Shown: positions 59,546-64,000 of the stretch, piece by piece
How the letters are laid out: the number at the start of each line of letters is the position of its first letter
How positions within the stretch are numbered: the first letter of the stretch is position 1
Assembly (NCBI RefSeq): GCF_030144855.1
Contig: NC_082713.1
Location: 63,488,001 to 63,552,000, forward strand
Reading direction: 5' to 3'
DNA from: Hypanus sabinus
Taxonomy: Eukaryota
Length of the DNA: 64,000 nucleotides
Notes under the pieces: generated by a model
The model's input: the letters and a program-made list of their open reading frames with translations, nothing else
The model's database searches: none
What the model was told of the DNA's origin: nothing
Position numbers and translations under genes: made by a program

Positions 59546-60699
59546 AGTCTTATAACTGGGAGATTTCTGCAAAGGAGAGGTTTGGGTAGATGGAAAATGA
59601 CGAGGAAGACATCTCTTAACTACATTAGAGCAAGAAGTTGTTAATATAGACAAACTAAGAGAAAAACATGCACAAGTAGTTAATGCCATGAATCAACCCA
59701 CATAGAATTGAAGAACTATATATTCTGGAAAAATGTACAGTCAATCTAACGTGCTGATCAAAGCTGTCTTTTGCCAACTTTCTGACATAAGGCAGCTGTA
59801 CAAATAGTAAATTCCATCAGATAACAACTACTTATCCCACTGGATCAAGAACCAAGAATCTGTGAAAAATTAATTAAAAAAGTCTAATTGCATTTTTACT
59901 GGTTCATGTAAACCTAAGCCCTGAATCTCATGAAAAAAATATTTCTGGTATTCCAGACTACAGACAAAGGAACATGGATAATTAAGGATCTACTGCACTG
60001 TTATTCACTCACTCCATTCGTAAAAAGTTTGAAATCAATAAAATGAAATATTCTTCCTGTTGTTCGCACCTCTGGAGCCCCAGAACAAATGAAGTGAACT
60101 TGCTGTGGCAGAGAACTTTTGATCAAAGAGTGCAAATATAAAAATTCTTGCTGCAATTCACACTAATGGTTTCCTATGCATGTTCAGAAAATGTCTTATC
60201 ATCTACCCAGAAGATATAATACAACACCTGCACACAAAGTAAACATCACTTCTAACATCATGTGGTGTAGTTTGACAATCTTTCCCTGGTCTAGTAATAG
60301 AAGTGCTGCTGGTTATGTTGATATTCTGAATTAGGATTTAGTAAATGATAGGACATCAAAATTCCTTATTTTTTGATGGTTTATCTACTTCAGATTGAGA
60401 TATTACAATATTCATAATGTGAGTGCTTGAAAGTCACCTATAACAAACCCTTCCTTCTGTACCTTTCTACAGTACATGTCAAGTTTGTTGTCTGGGAAGC
60501 TAGACTTGATGTGTGCCTTGACCAAGTGATTGTGTTCTCTTTAAGTAATAGTATAATAGTGCTATCCTTAAAGCAGAGTGAACTTCAGATTGAACAACGG
60601 AGAGTTTAAAAGTACCTCCAAACACCTCTTGCAGCTGTTTTGCCCATGATCTAAGGACACAGTCAGGGAGACAATCTGGACAAAATACTATGTGTGATT

Positions 60700-61115
60700 T
60701 CATGCTCTAGAAGACTGCTCTGGCATCTGCTTTGGTGACTATAGGATCAGGTGCATTGGAAGCTGTGAAGGTCGGTAGTGATAATCCATTCTCCTTCTGT
60801 TATGCAGATAGCTCATCAAGTAGGGATATGATGTTGTCGGTGATTCTGTCCAACTTCATTTTGCAACATATTATAACATGTAAACCCTGCCATAGTTGCA
60901 GTTGGTCTGGAATGTAGTTTTTGACTGGAATTGTCACTTGAATCCTGATTGCTTAAAGATGGTTGTTTTATTTTATTTTTACATGGGTTGGAGGTGGTTG
61001 ATGTATTTTTTGGAACTGGTTCCATAGATTTTTGCTTCATGGCTGTCTGTAGAGAAGGTGATTTTCAGGATTGTATGCGGCATACATACTTTGATAACAC
61101 AAATCCTTTGAATCC
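60700..61115 (+). mobile_element. Non-autonomous element with a Rex1-like tail
   Basis: Reads ttcatggctgtctgtagagaag...ttcaggattgtatg...catactttgataacacaaatcctttgaatc, similar to the tail at 37600-37685. Confidence 0.45.
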
Positions 61116-61489
61116 CGATACATTGTGTATGTCAGTATAATACAATCTGATTGTTGCAGTCCTGGTGTTCAATAGGGAGTGGATCTTCTGCTTCATCTAT
61201 TATTTCTGGTTAGGAACACCTGCATTGGTGTTTTTGATACACAAGGTGAGCTAGAATGGAGGGATCCGTATTCACAGTTACAGATGTTATGTTGATTATA
61301 TTGCCTCCTCTTTAAATACATCAACATTCAACCATTATCTGCAGTTTGAAGCAAGTGAAACAAAAATGTACAAAATACATACCTCAAGTAAATCTTTTAT
61401 AAATACAACAGCAGAAATAATCATGTATTCAGTTATTTATTTCATGTTTTACATCCATTAAAAGCATAATATTTAATAACCTGTGTTTA

Positions 61490-64000
61490 TGTAACACCCT
61501 GGGAATGGTCTTTCTGCAGAAGCAGTGTTTTGGTTATGGTTAGAGTTAACGGGTGCTTTGGAATGTGAGCCGTCCAATGAAGAAAGTGTGTTTTCATGTT
61601 GTGTGCCTGACACCAGGGTGAGCTGGGTTTTTTTGTTTGGTGGGAGATGAAGGGAGAAGATGCTGGGGAGAAGAGGTTGTAGGACTTGACCTGGAGCAGG
61701 GCCATGATCTGACGAAACCTGGGGAGATTGAAAGAGAACAAAAGAAGAGGAGGGTAAAAAACATCTTAGCCATTCCGAGCCTGTTGGAGTGAGGTAGGAT
61801 GCAAAATGAGAAGAGGCCTTGCAGGCACTGAAGGAGCTGCTGACACAGGTGCCTGTGCTGGCTTCTGCAGACCTCTGGTTACCGTATGTACTGTACATGG
61901 ATGCCAGCAGAGAGGGCTTAGGTTGTGTTCTGTATCAGGATCAGGGCACCAGGTTGAGACCTGTTGTGTTTGTCAGCTGGCATCTGCAGCCCTCTGAAAA
62001 CAGCTATCCCATGCATAGATTGGAGATTCTGGCATTGAAATGGGCTGTAGTGGATAAGTTGAGTGACTACCTCTATGGTGCCAAGTTTGAGGTGAGGACA
62101 GACAACAATACCCTAATTTATATCCTGACCTTGGCGAAATTGGATGCCACAGGTAATTCGTTGTTGGTGGTGTTGACTGCCTATGAAGTAGGAACATTTA
62201 CTCTGATGCTTTGTCCCAACACGTGCATGAAGGGCTGGACAGGGACGAAGAATGGGAGAGCGTTCCTGCCTTGAAAGTGAAAGCCATGTACCAGCTTTCC
62301 ATTGTGGTGAAGACAGAGAGAAGGTAAGGGCAGGATCGAGCAGTAGATCAAGCAGGAGCTTCTGATGGCGCTATTCCACAAGCTTAATATAACCTGATTG
62401 CTCCGAAGACAAACCATTTACCAGAGTTGAGTCATGGGGAAGTGGCAGTTACTCAGCAAGATGACCCAGGAATTGGTACCATTTAGTCAGCAGTCGGAAA
62501 GTGAGACATGGCCCAAGCGGAGAAGATGAAACACGTTGCGGAGCCTCCATTATTGAGAGAATGGCCCAGATTGGAGTTGAGGAATCAGGTCTTATACTAG
62601 GTCACGTCACTTCTGGACAGGCCTCGGTGTTCCCGGCTGGTTCTTCCTATGAAGTATCGGAGGATTGTGTTGAAGTCGCTTCATGATGATTCTGGACATT
62701 TGAGGGTTGAAAAGACCTATGGATTTCTCAGAGATTGGTTCTACTGGCCCCAAATGAAGCTGGAGGTCGAAGATTACTGCAAGGTGTGCATTTGATGTAT
62801 ACCGAAGAAGATGTTGCCTAGGAGGGCTGCTCCATTGTCCCACTTGCAGATTGCAAGGCCCCTGACCTGGTCTGTATGGATTTCCTGTCAATAGAGCCAG
62901 ATTCCAGCAACATGGTGAATGTCTTAGTCATCATGGATCACTACACCAGATATGCGCAAGCTTGGCGTCTATGGTGGCCAAAGTGTTATGGGAGAAGTAT
63001 TTCTATTATTATGGCATCCCCAGGTGAATGCATAGTGATCAGGGATGAAATTTTGAGAGCAGGCTCATTCATGAGTTACTGAATATGCTCAGAGTCGGAA
63101 GTCAAGGACTATGCCTTATCACCAGCAGGATGATTCCCAGACTGAGAGGTTTAATTGGACCTTGCTAGACATGCTTGAAACCTTGGAAATCAGCAAGAAG
63201 ACCAAATGGAGTCAACATATTGGACATCTTGTCCACTGCTACAACTGTACATGAAATGAAGTTACCGGATACTCGCCATATTATCCAAGGTTTGGGCACA
63301 AGGCGAGGTTGCCCATTGACCTTTGTTTTGGGACTGGCGAGGAAGACCTGTCACTGAAGACTTAACTGAAGTATGTGTCTGATATGCAAAGGGAGCTAAA
63401 AAAGACTTATGAATTAGCTGAGGTCGCAACTGCCAAGCAGAATCAAGGAAATAGACAAGATATGATCAAATGGTGAGGTTCTCCCAACTCATGCCTGGGA
63501 GATCAAGTCCTCATAAGGAACCCGGGGCTCCCTGGGAAGCCTAAATTGGCTGACCACTTGGCGGCTATGGCCCATGTAGTGGAGAGTCAGATGCCAAACT
63601 TATCAGCTTTCCTGCTGAAACTAGAGGATGGGAATGGGCCTGTCAAGATTCTCCTTCGGAACCATCTTCTGTCTCGGGGACAAGGGGTGCAGTTTGATCT
63701 GGAGCCTGACCTGGAGACTGCACCTGGTAAGAGGACTCTGCAGTGACATGGATGACTGAAGGACCAAATGAGAGGAGAGAATAGACTGGCCCCCACCCCA
63801 AATGGGATTTGGACTCGGAGGATGAAGAAATGAGGGTGTGATATATGCTACCTTTTGTTAACTCCCAAATGACTGAGGAAGAGATTCCCAACCCTTCTTG
63901 TGCTGAGTCGTGAAATTGGGGGACTATCTGTGGACAGACTGGGTTTCAGCAGGACCATGAAGAGTTGAAGTAGGATTCAGCCAAGTGACAGAGGGGTCTG
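61490..64000 (+). mobile_element. Deleted Ty3/Gypsy LTR retrotransposon (truncated 5' LTR joined to RNase H-integrase); runs off the window end
   Basis: Starts tgtaacacc. From ~61795 it gives ALKELLTQVPVLASAD...YMDASREGLGCVLYQ...LEILALKWAVVDKLSDYLYG...RTDNN. Integrase HDDSGH...FYWPQM, MDFLSIEPD...VIMDHYTRYAQA and HSDQG...ERFN follow. Confidence 0.88.

Noticed and set aside
60427-60609. Possible terminal exon after a good acceptor (ccttctgtacctttctacag)
   Set aside because: No recognisable peptide and no supporting neighbouring exon.

Overview
This is eukaryotic, repeat-dense DNA that looks intergenic or deep-intronic. The repeat complement suggests a cartilaginous fish, probably a ray/batoid; that is inferred from the repeats alone: CR1 LINEs with SGNH-esterase ORF1, HE1/V-SINE-like SINEs, Rex1-like tails and the 'aaatgctggaggaactcagcaggccaggcagcatc' Penelope-type repeat. 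I found no confident host gene, RNA gene, CRISPR array or prokaryotic system. Most ORFs in the track are fragments, or antisense shadows, of decayed retroelements. The window holds at least eight CR1 LINE copies, four deleted Gypsy-type LTR retrotransposons (one Gmr1-like), several solo LTRs, an R4/Dong-like RLE LINE, RTE and Rex1 fragments, Harbinger/hAT/Tigger-like MITEs and a 27-bp minisatellite. Many elements are nested, with readable target-site duplications (TSDs). Two things stand out. (1) A deleted endogenous retrovirus-like provirus at 5500-10812 has a YVDD RT, two RNase H-type domains, an integrase, an env-like remnant and ~840-bp LTRs; it is a candidate lokiretrovirus/spuma-related lineage. 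(2) Seven short, often palindromic Penelope-type inserts yield a reconstructed consensus that is a minimal hammerhead ribozyme. All family assignments are from motif recognition by eye; no searches were run.
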